DNA of 64,000 bases from Macrostomum lignano. Its lineage: Eukaryota. Every line of letters starts with the position of its first letter. Position 1 is the first letter of the stretch. The notes under the pieces were generated by a model, which ran no database searches, was not told where the DNA came from, and saw nothing but the letters and a program-made list of their open reading frames with translations. The stretch is taken from positions 1,116,001-1,180,000 of the forward strand of contig NIVC01000001.1 in NCBI GenBank assembly GCA_002269645.1, in the 5' to 3' direction. This document shows positions 43,301 through 55,300 of the stretch, piece after piece. Both the position numbers and the translations under genes were made by a program.

Positions 43301-46300
43301 AGCGACGTGCCCGAGTTGGGCGACAAAGCGCCAGTGAAGTTTCCCTATCGCGATGTGGACCAGCCTTACGAACAGGAGCGCGCATTCCTGCGCTGGCTGC
43401 AGACCCGGCTGAGTCGGTACGGCCAGACTCTGGATGCTGTGGACGATGTTGAGCCTAAACAGGTGCAGTTTATGATTTGCTAATTCAGTTCAGTCAGACT
43501 AATTAGAATGCTTAAATAGACACAGTGTATCTAAAGTATATAAAAAGTACACGTGTACTCTAGCCTCTGCATGATCTCCATTTCCAGGTGCTGTGCATCC
43601 TGAACACCTACCTGCCCAACGCTATTCACAATCCCGACATGGCTGTCGGCTCCGACCAAGCCATGGAATTGGCCCGCACGGTGGTCCGCGCCGAGGTGGA
43701 GCCCCGCGCCGGCGCGTCTGTGTTGGTGCCGGAACTCTGGTATCCGCTGTCCGCCGCCCGCTACCTGTACCAGGTGTTCCAGCACAGCCCGTCCCAGCAT
43801 CATCACCGACATTCGTCCGGCGATAAGTCCAGCTCGGGCGGAGGCGGCGGCGGCGGTTCGAAGTCGTTCAGCTCGCACTTCCCCGGCCTGCACGCCCTGT
43901 TGAAGCATCGGCGAAAGGACCGGCACCAGACTGCGGCGGCGGCGGCCCGCAACGAGGATCCTCTGGCCAAGACCGTCATCGACAGCGGGGCCACGTCGGC
44001 TAAACGACGCGAGCTCGAGCGACTGTTGAAGTCCGGCAGCGGCGCCGGCCAACAGGAGCGGTCGGCGGCTCCAGCCAAGCAGCCAGCATCGGCCATGGTG
44101 GCGCACCTGCAGGAGAAACTGTTCCCGCCAAAGAAATCCTCGGCCGAGAAGGCTGCCGCCGCTGTCGCAGCCGCCACCGCGGCAGAGTCGGAGGCATCGG
44201 GCAACAGGCAGCCCGGCAAGGTGGCGCCCAGCCCGCAGATTGTCCAATTCCTGTCGTCAAGCGGCGCGGGAACGTCAGCCGGTCAGCAGCAGCAGCCAAC
44301 GCCGAAGCGGCTGGACGCGAGCCATCCTGGCGTGGAGAAGCTGTCGAAGATGTCAGCTGCGGGCGCCGGCAGCGGTCAGGCAGGCTTGGAGAAATGCTTC
44401 TTCTGCGATACCACGGTGTACGCAGCCGAACGTCGGTCAGTGAACAACGACGTGTTTCACATGCGCTGCTTCCGCTGTCAGTACCCCGGCTGCGGCACCG
44501 CTCTGCGCATGTCCGCCTTCGCCCGCGACCCGGAGACTCGCCGCTTCTTGTGCCCGTCGCACCACGCCGAGGTCCTGGCCGACCTGGAGACTCGCAGCAT
44601 CGTCATGCGCTGGCTCGAGGCGCACCATGGCGGAGGCGGACTCGGTGAGGAAGGCCTGGCGGCCAAAGCCGGTCACCTGTACCTGAGCCCTGACGAAGCT
44701 GACGGTCTGATGTCAGCTCCTGGCGCGGCCGCGGCGCCGATGTCGCCATCGTCGGTCACGTCGGCCTCAGTCAGCTCGCAGCCCAGTGGGGTGACCCGAG
44801 AGCGGGCGAATTTCACTTGCACGCCAAGATCAAAGAAGCCGCAGCAGCCGCCGCAGCAGTCGAAGCAGCAGGCGCCAAAGTCGCCGAGCGCTGCCGCCGG
44901 TGGTGGAGGCGGAGACGGCAATCCGCTTGGCTTCGCGGAGGACCAAGTCGAGAAGGTGGTGCTGCGCGGCTCCGAGAGCTCCGAGGAGGGCGCCTCTAAG
45001 AAGGACCGGCGTCGGTTGAGCGGCGGCGCCGCGGCGCGTCAGCATCGCCGGCATCATCACCCGCTGTCCGAGGAGGCCACTTCGTCATCGCATGGCCAGC
45101 TGGGGCCCGCCGATTTCAGGTAGGAAAATTTGTGACTGGGGCCTTGTCTTCTCCATGCCGTGCTTGACTATGTTAATAGGAAATACCTAATGCGAATCAC
45201 CCTCTCACCCTCTTCTCATCCCTTTCACTCTCACCCTCTTCTCATCCCTTTCACTCTCAGCCTCTTCTCATCCCTTTCACTCTCACCCTCTTCTCATCCC
45301 TTTCACTCTCAGCCTCTTCTCATCCCTTTCACTCTCAGCCTCTTCTCATCCCTTCACTCTCACCCTCTTCTCATCCCTTTCACTCTCAGCCTATTCTCAT
45401 CCCTTTCACTCTCACCCTCTTCTCATCCCTTTCACTCTCACCCTCTTCTCATCCCTTTCACTCTCAGCCTCTTCTCATCCCTTTCACTCTCAGCCTATTC
45501 TCATCCCTTTCACTCTCACCCTCTTCTCATCCCTTTCACTCTCAGCCTATTCTCATCCCTTTCACTCTCAACCTCTTCTCATCCCTTTCACTCTCAGCCT
45601 CTTCTCATCCCTTTCACTCTCACCCTCTTCTCGTCCCTTTCACTCTCAGCCTCTTCTCATCCCTTTCACTCTCACCCTCTTCTCATCCCTTTCACTTTCA
45701 GCCTCTTCTCATCCCTTTCACTCTCAGCCTATTCTCATCCCTTTCACTCTCAGCCTCTTCTCATCCCTTTCACTCTCAGCCTCTTCTCATCCCTTTCACT
45801 CTCAGCCTCTTCTCATCCCTTTCACTCTCAGCCTCTTCTCATCCCTTTCACTCTCAGCCTCTTCTCATCCCTTTCAGTCTCAGCCTCTTCTCATCCCTTC
45901 ACTCTCACCCTCTTCTCATCCCTTTCACTCTCACCCTCTTCTCATCCCTTTCACTCACCCTCTTCTCATCCCTTTCACTCTCACCCTCTTCTCATCCCTT
46001 TCACTCTCAGCCTCTTCTCATCCCTTTCACTCTCACCCTCTTCTCATCCCTTTCAGTCTCAGCCTCTTCTCATCCCTTCACTCTCAGCCTCTTCTCATCC
46101 CTTTCACTCTCAGCCTCTTCTCATCCCTTTCACTCTCACCCTCTTCTCATCCCTTTCACTCTCACCCTCTTCTCATCCCTTTCACTCTCAGCCTCTTCTC
46201 ATCCCTCCACTCTCACCCTCTTCTCATCCCTTTCACTCTCACCCTCTTCTCATCCCTTTCACTCACCCTCTTCTCATCCCTTTCACTCTCAGCCTCTTCT

Positions 46301-49300
46301 CATCCCTTTCACTCACCCTCTTCTCATCCCTTTCACTCTCACCCTCTTCTCATCCCTTTCACTCTCAGCCTCTTCTCATCCCTTTCACTCTCACCCTCTT
46401 CTCATCCCTTTCACTCTCAGCCTCTTCTCATCCCTTTCACTCTCACCCTCTTCTCATCCCTTTCACTCTCAGCCTCTTCTCATCCCTTTCACTCTCAGCC
46501 TCTTCTCATCCCTTTCACTCTCAGCCTCTTCTCATCCCTTTCACTCTCAGCCTCTTCTCATCCCTTTCACTCTCACCCTCTTCTCATCCCTTTCACTCTC
46601 AGCCTCTTCTCATTCCTTCACTCTCACCCTCGTCTCCTCCCTTTCACTCTCACTATTTTCTCTCTCCTTGACTCCAATGGATGGGCTCTGCCCTGATTGC
46701 TGTTATTATTACTCCAAATAATTAAATCAATGGTAAAGTGACTATAAGAATTAATAAACTTTGATTCTCACCTGCACTATGTATATAATTTATCATGTTT
46801 ATTGCAAAATAATCAGACTAATGTTATTGCAATACATTGATGACAAACGATGCTGATTCTGCATGCCTCAAAGCCTCAGAATTCCCTAATTCTATGTATA
46901 GCTATGATATGCATCAGTGCTTCCATAGCTTTGATGCCGGTGCCACCAAACTGATTTCATTCTCTCAAGGCCTCTGAAACTACTCTTTCTCTCTCTTATC
47001 AGTATTCCCTGAACTTTCTGTCCGGCCGAATCTTCTATTCCCCGCCCACTTCTTCATCTCTCTGACCGAGGGACTAAATTTGCCTTATTCGTTTTTCGAT
47101 GCTCTCAGACAGATCAGACTGAATTCCTCTTTCTTAGAATTTGCCCTACTTCCCTTCCGCCGACTTCCTTCCCTGCCTCCTGTTAGTCTCCTGCCCGTTT
47201 TGTCGTCAGTGCGTTTTCTTTTTCTCTATGATCCTCTCTATTCGTATCAAAGTTTATAGTAACCATGGGTTGGGCCATAGACATTCTAGGTCTTTTCAAG
47301 CCCATTTAGTTTGAAAACTATCGAGCCTATTGAGCCTGGGAACATCGAGCTTTTGAAGACCCATGGCTTTTCATTGTCTATGACCCAAAAAGGGTGTTTT
47401 GTAGGTGCGACTTAAAGAGAAAGGCCATAGCGTAGGCAATGGATAGCAAGTCTTCAATAGCTCGATTTTTCCCACTAAAATTGACCCAACACGATTAAAA
47501 TAATCATTGTTTCATTTTTCAATGGAATTATAATAATGCCAAACGGCTCTAAACAGATTTGCGCATGTATCCTTGATTTTTAAAAGAATTTGTTTATTTA
47601 ACTATCTATGGTATTATCAAGATTAACCTCTCCCAAACCATTTTTACCTACCACAGCGTTGGAGAAAGCGACGGATTTCTTGGGTAATTTGTTCGTTCTG
47701 CTTTGTTTTGCTTTTGCTGTGTTGACTTTTAGTCACAGTTTACTGATAGTACGAGTACTTTATTTGTTGCTTTGCTAGCTAGTTATCTAAACCAACTCTT
47801 TGTATTATTGTGCTTCTGTTTTGTAGAACGACATTTCCAGCATAAATTTCCATTTAGAATTTTGTTTTAAAGGTTTTCTTTAACTAGTCAATCTTTGTGA
47901 GATATACCTGCCCAAATGGGATGCTATGAGATTTCCTTCTGAAACTATTTGTTGTGCTTTTTTTCACTACTTGCGCGATTTGAACAAAAAGTAGTACCTA
48001 AAATATTTGAGCATAATTTAATCAAACATTGGCTAAGCTATCAGTTACTTTGTGGTTTGATCAGGTCAAGTGAGGTTCAGGCAACAGGTCAAGTGAGGTT
48101 CAGGCAACAGGTCAAGTGAGGTTCAGGCAACAGGTCGAGTGAGGTTCAGGCAACAGGTCAAGTGAGGTTGAGGCAATGGGTCAAGTGAGGTTGAGGCAAT
48201 GGGTCAAGTGAAGTTCAGGCAACAGGTCAAGTGAGGTTCAGGCAATGGGTCAAGTGAGGTTCAGGCAACAGGTCAAGTGAGGTTCAGGCAATGGGTCAAG
48301 TGAGGTTCAGGCAACAGGTCAAGTGAGGTTGAGGCAATGGGTCAAGTGAGGTTCAGGCAACAGGTCAAGTGAGGTTCAGGCAACAGGTCAAGTGAGGTTC
48401 AGGCAACAGGTCGAGTGAGGTTCAGGCAACAGGTCAAGTGAGGTTCAGGCAACAGGTCAAGTGAGGTTCAGGCAACAGGTCGAGTGAGGTTCAGGCAACA
48501 GGTCAAGTGAGGTTGAGGCAATGGGTCAAGTGAGGTTGAGGCAATGGGTCAAGTGAAGTTCAGGCAACAGGTCAAGTGAGGTTGAGGCAATGGGTCAAGT
48601 GAGGTTCAGGCAACAGGTCAAGTGAGGTTCAGGCAATGGGTCAAGTGAGGTTCAGGCAACAGGTCGAGTGAGGTTCAGGCAACATGTCAAGTGAGGTTCA
48701 GGCAACAGGTCAAGGGATATTCAGGCAACAGGTCAAGTGAGGTTCAGGCAACAGGTCAAGTGAGGTTCAGGCAACAGGTCAAGTGAGGTTCAGGCAATGG
48801 GTCAAGTAAGGCTTATCCGGCATACTAAAACCAAATTATCACGTCTTGGCTAGTCTGGGAAAATTTATAACCCTTCGCTCCGCCGTCAGATCTGATGAGG
48901 CCAGCTCGTGCGAAGAGGACTTTGAAGCGGCCGCGGCTGCCGCAGGCCTGGGCGACTCGGAGGACAGGGACAACGTATTCGCCATGGACGCCGCCAAGGA
49001 GCTGCAGATTCGCGCCCTGATGGAGGCGCGCCTATTGAAGAGGCCGAAAAAGTCTGATCGCCAGGTCCGGGAGGATAACCAGTCCACCAGCTCGTCTGAG
49101 GCCGCCGCTGCCGCCGCTGTTGCCGCGGTGAAAACCGAGCAAGATGAAGCTCGAGTCAAACTGCTCCAAGCCATGGAGATCACCAGACGGTGGAATCAGA
49201 CTGCGCCGGAGCCGTCCGGCGAGTCCCTCAACGCCGCCGCCGTCGCCGCCGCCGCCGCCGCAGCCGCCGCCACCGCCACCGCCGCCGCTCCTCCGACCGC

Positions 49301-52300
49301 CTCGGCCGGCTACGACACTTTGAAACGATTGCGCAAAATGAAGGAGTCGTTTTTCTCGCAGGAGAGCAAAGGACTGTCATTGCATACGCAGTTTATTGCG
49401 CAGCGGAATTTGCAGATGCTGCGCAACTCCGAGGTTGACGACATGCCGCAGGAAGTGGCCGGTGAGATGGCGCTTATTTGTTATTAAGAGGGGCTGTCGC
49501 GTGTTATTGCAGTAGTCATACTGTGACTCACATTATCTTGGAGTGACTCAGATTGATTTTATTGGCATGATCATTAAGTGACTCAAATTATATTAACATG
49601 ATCATAGAGTGACTCATTATATTTACATGATCATAGAGTAACTTATTATATTGGCCTGTTCAGAGTGAATAACATTTTATTGACATGATCATAGAGTGAC
49701 TCACATTATATTGACATGACCATAGAGTGACTCACATTTTATTGACATGATCATAGAGTGACTCACATTATATTGACATGACCATAGAGTGACTCACATT
49801 ATATTGACATAATCATAGAGTGACTCAAATTATATTGACATGATCATAGAGTGACTCACGTTATATTGACATGATCATTGAGTGACTCAAATTATATTGA
49901 CATAATCATAGAGTGACTCAAATTATATTGACATGATCATAGAGTGATTCACGTTATATTGACATGATCATAGAGTGACTCAAATTATATTGACATGATC
50001 ATAGAGTGACTCACATTATATTGACATGATCATAGAGTGACTCACGTTATATTGACATGATCATAGAGTGACTCACATTATATTGACATGATCATAGAGT
50101 GACTCACATTATATTGACATGATCATAGAGTGACTCAAATTATATTGACATGATCATAGAGTGACTCACATTATATTGACATGATCATAGAGTGACTCAC
50201 ATTATATTGACATGATCATAGAGTGACTCACATTATATTGACATGATCATAGAGTGACTCACGTTATATTGACATGATCATAGAGTGACTCATATTGTAT
50301 TGACATGATCATAGAGTGACTCACATTATATTGACATGATCATAGAGTGACTCACATTATATTGACATGATCAAGACTCACATGTTATTAAATGATCATG
50401 AAGTGACTTATTTTATAATGATAAAGTAACAGAGTAGCTCGGTACTATAGTAGGATGACTCATAGGCTCGATCTCATGTTCGGTGGCTCATTTGAAAGCT
50501 ACTATTCAAAGATTTAAGAGCTGTGAGCAAGCAGGCTACAAATAAACTTGTTGATGATGAGTTACAGCGCCAGTATATCCCATCAAAAGTGCAAGTTAGA
50601 CGGGCACTATATAGCAGAGCACAAGCCCCTGGAACACTATAAGCTAAACGGGTGGCTCTGCAATGCATAGTCAGGGGAGTCAATCTAGAAGGTCGCGCAG
50701 GCCGCTTCGATGCCAACGTAGTCGCAGAAACCTTCTCATAGTAAGATAGAAGCAGAGGCAGTTTCTCTTTTCAAGAATTTTTAGTCCGTGCAACTGCGAC
50801 TTGACTTTCCTTCTTCTCTTCGTATCATCGCCCCCCTCTCTGATCCAGAGAGTCGCCACCTCATTTCAGAGCCCCGCCTCAGCCCCCCCACCCCGATCCG
50901 CTCCCTCATTCTCTCCTTCCGTCCGTTCTCCGCTCTCTCCTTTCGGCGGCTTCACTCTCGGGGGTTTTGACTAGCTTTCGCGTTTTTTTTCGGTTGGCGT
51001 GCTCGCGCGATAGGCCCTGTAAAGTGCAAAGTCTGTGGCTCTGGAATAGCGGCTGGGGTTGGTTAGACTTCCCCTTATCCCGTGATTATTCTATGCGATC
51101 CTTTATGGCCGGATAGTCTCAATTTCTACTCCTCCGGCCTTGGCCTCTCTCATCTCTTATTCAAGTCTCCCTGACGCCAGTCATTTTGTTTGACCTGCCA
51201 GTTTCATTTGACTGCAGATTTGCTCAGCAATTTCTCTGAAACTATTGTTGTTCAAACTATTTGAAACTATTGAAACTATTGTTGTTATTATATTTCTGGG
51301 GCTGCGCTTTCTGATTCTTGGACTGGACTGGGATGTCAGCTTCTCCAATCATTCAGGTTGGGCCAGCCTCCCAGATCCTCAGTTGCTGGGCCAGCCTCCC
51401 AGATCCTCAGTTGCTGGGCCAGCCTCCCAGAGTGTCAGTTGCTGGGCCAGCCTCCCAGATCCTTAGTTGCTGGGCCAGCCTCCTACATCCTCAGTTTCTG
51501 GGCCAGCCTCCCAGATCCTCAGTTGCTGGGCCAGCCTCCCAGATCCTCAGTTGCTGGGCCAATCTCCCAAAGTGTCAGTTGCTGGGCCAGCCTCCCAGAT
51601 CCTCAGTTGCTGGGCCAGCCTCCCAGATCCTCAGTTGCTGGGCCAGCCTCCCAGATCCTCAGTTTCTGGGCCAGCCTCCCAGAGTGTCAGTTGCTGGGCC
51701 AGCCTCCCAGAGTGTCAGTTGCTGGGCCAACCTCCCAGAGTGTCAGTTGCTGGGCCAGCCTCCCAGATCCTCAGTTGCTGGGCCAGCCTCCCAGATCCTC
51801 AGTTGCTGGGCCAGCCTCCCAGATCCTCAGTTGCTGGGCCAGCCTCCCAGAGTGTCAGTTGCTGGGCCAGCCTTTCAGATCCTTACTCGCCAGGCCAGCC
51901 TACCTTAGCATTCTTAGTAGCTGGGCCGCCATCCTTTCGAGTACGAGTATGTCTAATCAAATTAATCTGCATAGGAGATCTTATAGTTCTCGTGACTGTA
52001 GCATAGTAGCGAGGTGCACTTTAGTTCTGTTGAACACAGGCTACATGTACCGTATTGTTCGGAATTTCTGCAGAAACAGCGGCTAAATAACTTGATTTAC
52101 CAACTGACGGGCTTAAGAAACTATTTAAAGTGAAAGTTGCGTTAATTTTACAGAGGGGGTGGGTGAAAACTGCATTCTTACAGAAAATAGTTAATTGCGC
52201 AGATAATTGCGGATCATACAATCGAACTATGATTTCACCCTTCAGTTTCTCAGGAATCGTTGCGCATTTGCATGCGTAGTTTGGTTTTCATTTAGCGTAT

Positions 52301-55300
52301 ATAATTTCACGGAAAGTTATATTATATATTGAGTTGTTTATCCCGTATAAAACTAGAACGGTCACATTTTTACCCTCTGTGTTTTGTGACCCTCAAACAA
52401 CGGTATCGCATGTGAACCTCCATTGTGAACCTTATATGTGACCGTCGAATAAACGGTCACTCATGAGACCATCAATCAATGTGACTCAAAAATGTGACCG
52501 TTTATTTGATGGTCACATTATTAACTGACGGTCACATCGTGCACTTGGCGGTCACATCACGGCCACACTTGGCGGTCACATTACAGTCACAATTGACGGT
52601 CACATTACAGTCACACTTGAAGGTCACATTACAGTTACACTTGACGGTCACATTACAGTTACACTTGAAGGTCACATTACAGTCACACTTTACGGTCACA
52701 TTACAGTCACACTTGACGGTCGCATTACAGTCACACTTGACGGTCGCATTACAGTCACACTTGACGGTCGCAATACAGTCACACTTGAAGGTCACATTAC
52801 AGTCACACTTGACGGTCGCATTACAGTCACAATTGACGGTCACAGGCGTGACAATCAGCGTCACACTTGATGGTTACATCACGGTCACATTTGAAGGTCA
52901 CACTTGACGGTCACAAGCGCGACAAGCAGTGTCACAATTTTAACGGTCACCAAAAATGTGACCGCCTAACAATTATAGGGTTGCGAATTCTCAGCCTGGA
53001 AATTGCTTATCTGACTCAAACTTTCTCTTGAGTGCAATCTAAAATAGCAGAGGCGGGCTTGGGCATTTCGGTGTACACGCAATGTACGCACACCTGTGTT
53101 ATAAACACTGGCGCTTGTTTTGTGTTTTATCAGTTCGCACCGACAAACTCAGACAGTTTTTGAGGCATTAGCAATTTCCGTAAACCTCCCAACAGTGGAT
53201 CTCAACCTGGACGCCGGCCCCACGAAAGCGCGCCAGCTGATGCACCAGGTGGCCACGCCCGGCAGCAGCGAACGCTTAGACGACTCCTTTGACTACGTGT
53301 TCGCCGAGGCCAACTTGCACGACGGCAATGTCGACACGGCGTCAGACGAATTCCTGGCCAGCCTGGAGTCGGCCAGGCAGGAGATCCAGCGTCGCCGAGC
53401 CGATCGGGAGGCTGCGCTGGACGCCGCCGAGCTCGCGCTGGCCGGCCTCATCAAATTAAACACGCCCCGTCGCCCTACGAGGCCTATTTCCCCGAGGGAA
53501 ATTTTCCCGACGCCGATAGTCAGTCGGTTTGGACCTACGATTCTTCCGGCACGCCAACTGAAGCGGCTAGTAGGGCCACTTCCGGTCGGGCTACGCCTGT
53601 GCTGGACCGGATGCTGGAGCAGAATCTGGCTATGATGCCGATTTTTACTACTAATGCTGCTGTGGCCACGGCTGCTACTATTAGTAGTAGCAGCGCGGCT
53701 AGCAAGGCTCAGACGGCCTTATTGTCAGCGGCGGCGGCGGCGGCTGCGGACGCTCCGTTAGGCGCGGCAGAGAAACCAGCGCCAGAGGCAGCGGCTCGGG
53801 TTCGAATCCCGGCCCCGGCGGATGTGACGCCGTCGCAGACGCAGCCGCAGCCACAGTCGCAGTCACCGTCGAAGGTGGCAGCACAGTCGGCTACTACAGC
53901 GCCAGCCACATCAACAGCTGCTACTATTAGTAGTCAGCAGAGAAAAGCTGCGCCTCAAAGCGGCGATCGCGTTAAAATTGTTCCGCTAACGCAGCCGGCA
54001 TTTCCCGACATGTACAAGGAGCTGGCCTACAGTCAGGCGTCGTTGAACATTGTCAGCTACTTCGGCGGCGGCCCTGGCGCCATCGACATTCCGCTGGACG
54101 GCGACGGCAAAGGTAACGCGGGCAACGACGACGGAGACGACGCCGACGACAACGCGCCGGGTAGTCGAGCTTCGCGGGCCGTTCTCGACACCGACCTGGA
54201 ATCGTCTGACGACGACGACGATATCGGTGGTCGGTATCAGGACGGCCAAGACGGCGACGGCGATGACGACGACGACGACGACGATGCTAAGACTGTAGAC
54301 GGGGGCAGCGGCGCCGAGAACGACGACTTCGACGACGAAGGTAGCGGTGCGAAGCCGCCGGCCACGGCTACAGCGATGTCGCCTCCACCTCCGATGCAGC
54401 TGTCCGGCTTGGTCGCCTCGCCGTCTGGCCTGACGTCGCCCTCCAGCGCCGCCTCGGTGGTGACAGCCGAGGAGCTCAACTCCCGTCGGCAGCAGCCGTC
54501 GACCACAACAACGACGACGACAAACACCGAGGACGACGGCGACGATAATGACAGCCAGTACGACGATGTTAAAGTCGAAGGCGAGGCCGAGGCGCAGCCC
54601 TCAGCTCAGGGCGGCGGTCGGTTAAAGAAATTTTTCAAGCCGTCAGCGTCTCGCTCGAAAGCCAAGAAGAAGCGCAAGTTGACGAAGGCCCAGCGCGAGC
54701 AGCAGCAGCAACAGCAGCAGCAAAAGCAGAGGCAGAAAAAGTCTTCCGGTACAAGCAACGGGGAGAGCGGCGCAGCTCGAGATAAGAATGCGACAACTTC
54801 CGAGACGGAGCACAGCGATACTCCTACGCCTGACGCTGTGCCAGCTTCCCGCCGGCATCAACCTCAGCAGCAGCAGCAGCAGCAGCAGCCCACCCGCCCA
54901 TCCAGCGTGTACTCCCGCTACTCACTGTCCGATTCGCTGCGGCAGGAGATCGACTCCCTGCTGCCCGACAGCGTGCCCGGCAGCGAAAAGCGTGACGAAG
55001 CCGGCAAGGAATTGCGCGGAAAAATCTCGCGAGCTCAGGTGAAATCCCGGCATCCAGCCGAAATGCCAATGAATTTGTCCATGTCCGTAGTCCACCACCC
55101 AGGCCTCTAATCTGATACAGGCACTGCCTTTATTTAATTCGGGCCTCATAATAGCCCTACTCTGGTGAGATAATCTACCCTGCTCTACTGGGATTATCTA
55201 CCCTACTCTGCTGGGATAATCTACCCTACTCTACTGGGATAATCTACCCTACTCTACTAGGATAATCTACCCTACTCTAATGGGATAATCTACCCTACTC

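Noticed and set aside
45160-46671. 503-aa Ser/Leu/His ORF
   Set aside because: Translation of the 26-bp intronic array within MICAL intron 4.
46700-47240. Possible LINE endonuclease relic (QFGGTGI) on the minus strand
   Set aside because: A single short motif among stop codons; not enough support.
47312-47471. ~18-bp imperfect inverted repeat (possible MITE relic)
   Set aside because: No TSD and no second copy in the window.
50474-51250. Non-repetitive GC-moderate block in MICAL intron 5 as a hidden exon or gene
   Set aside because: Frames are interrupted by stops, no motif is recognised, and exon 5 to exon 6 phases already match without it.
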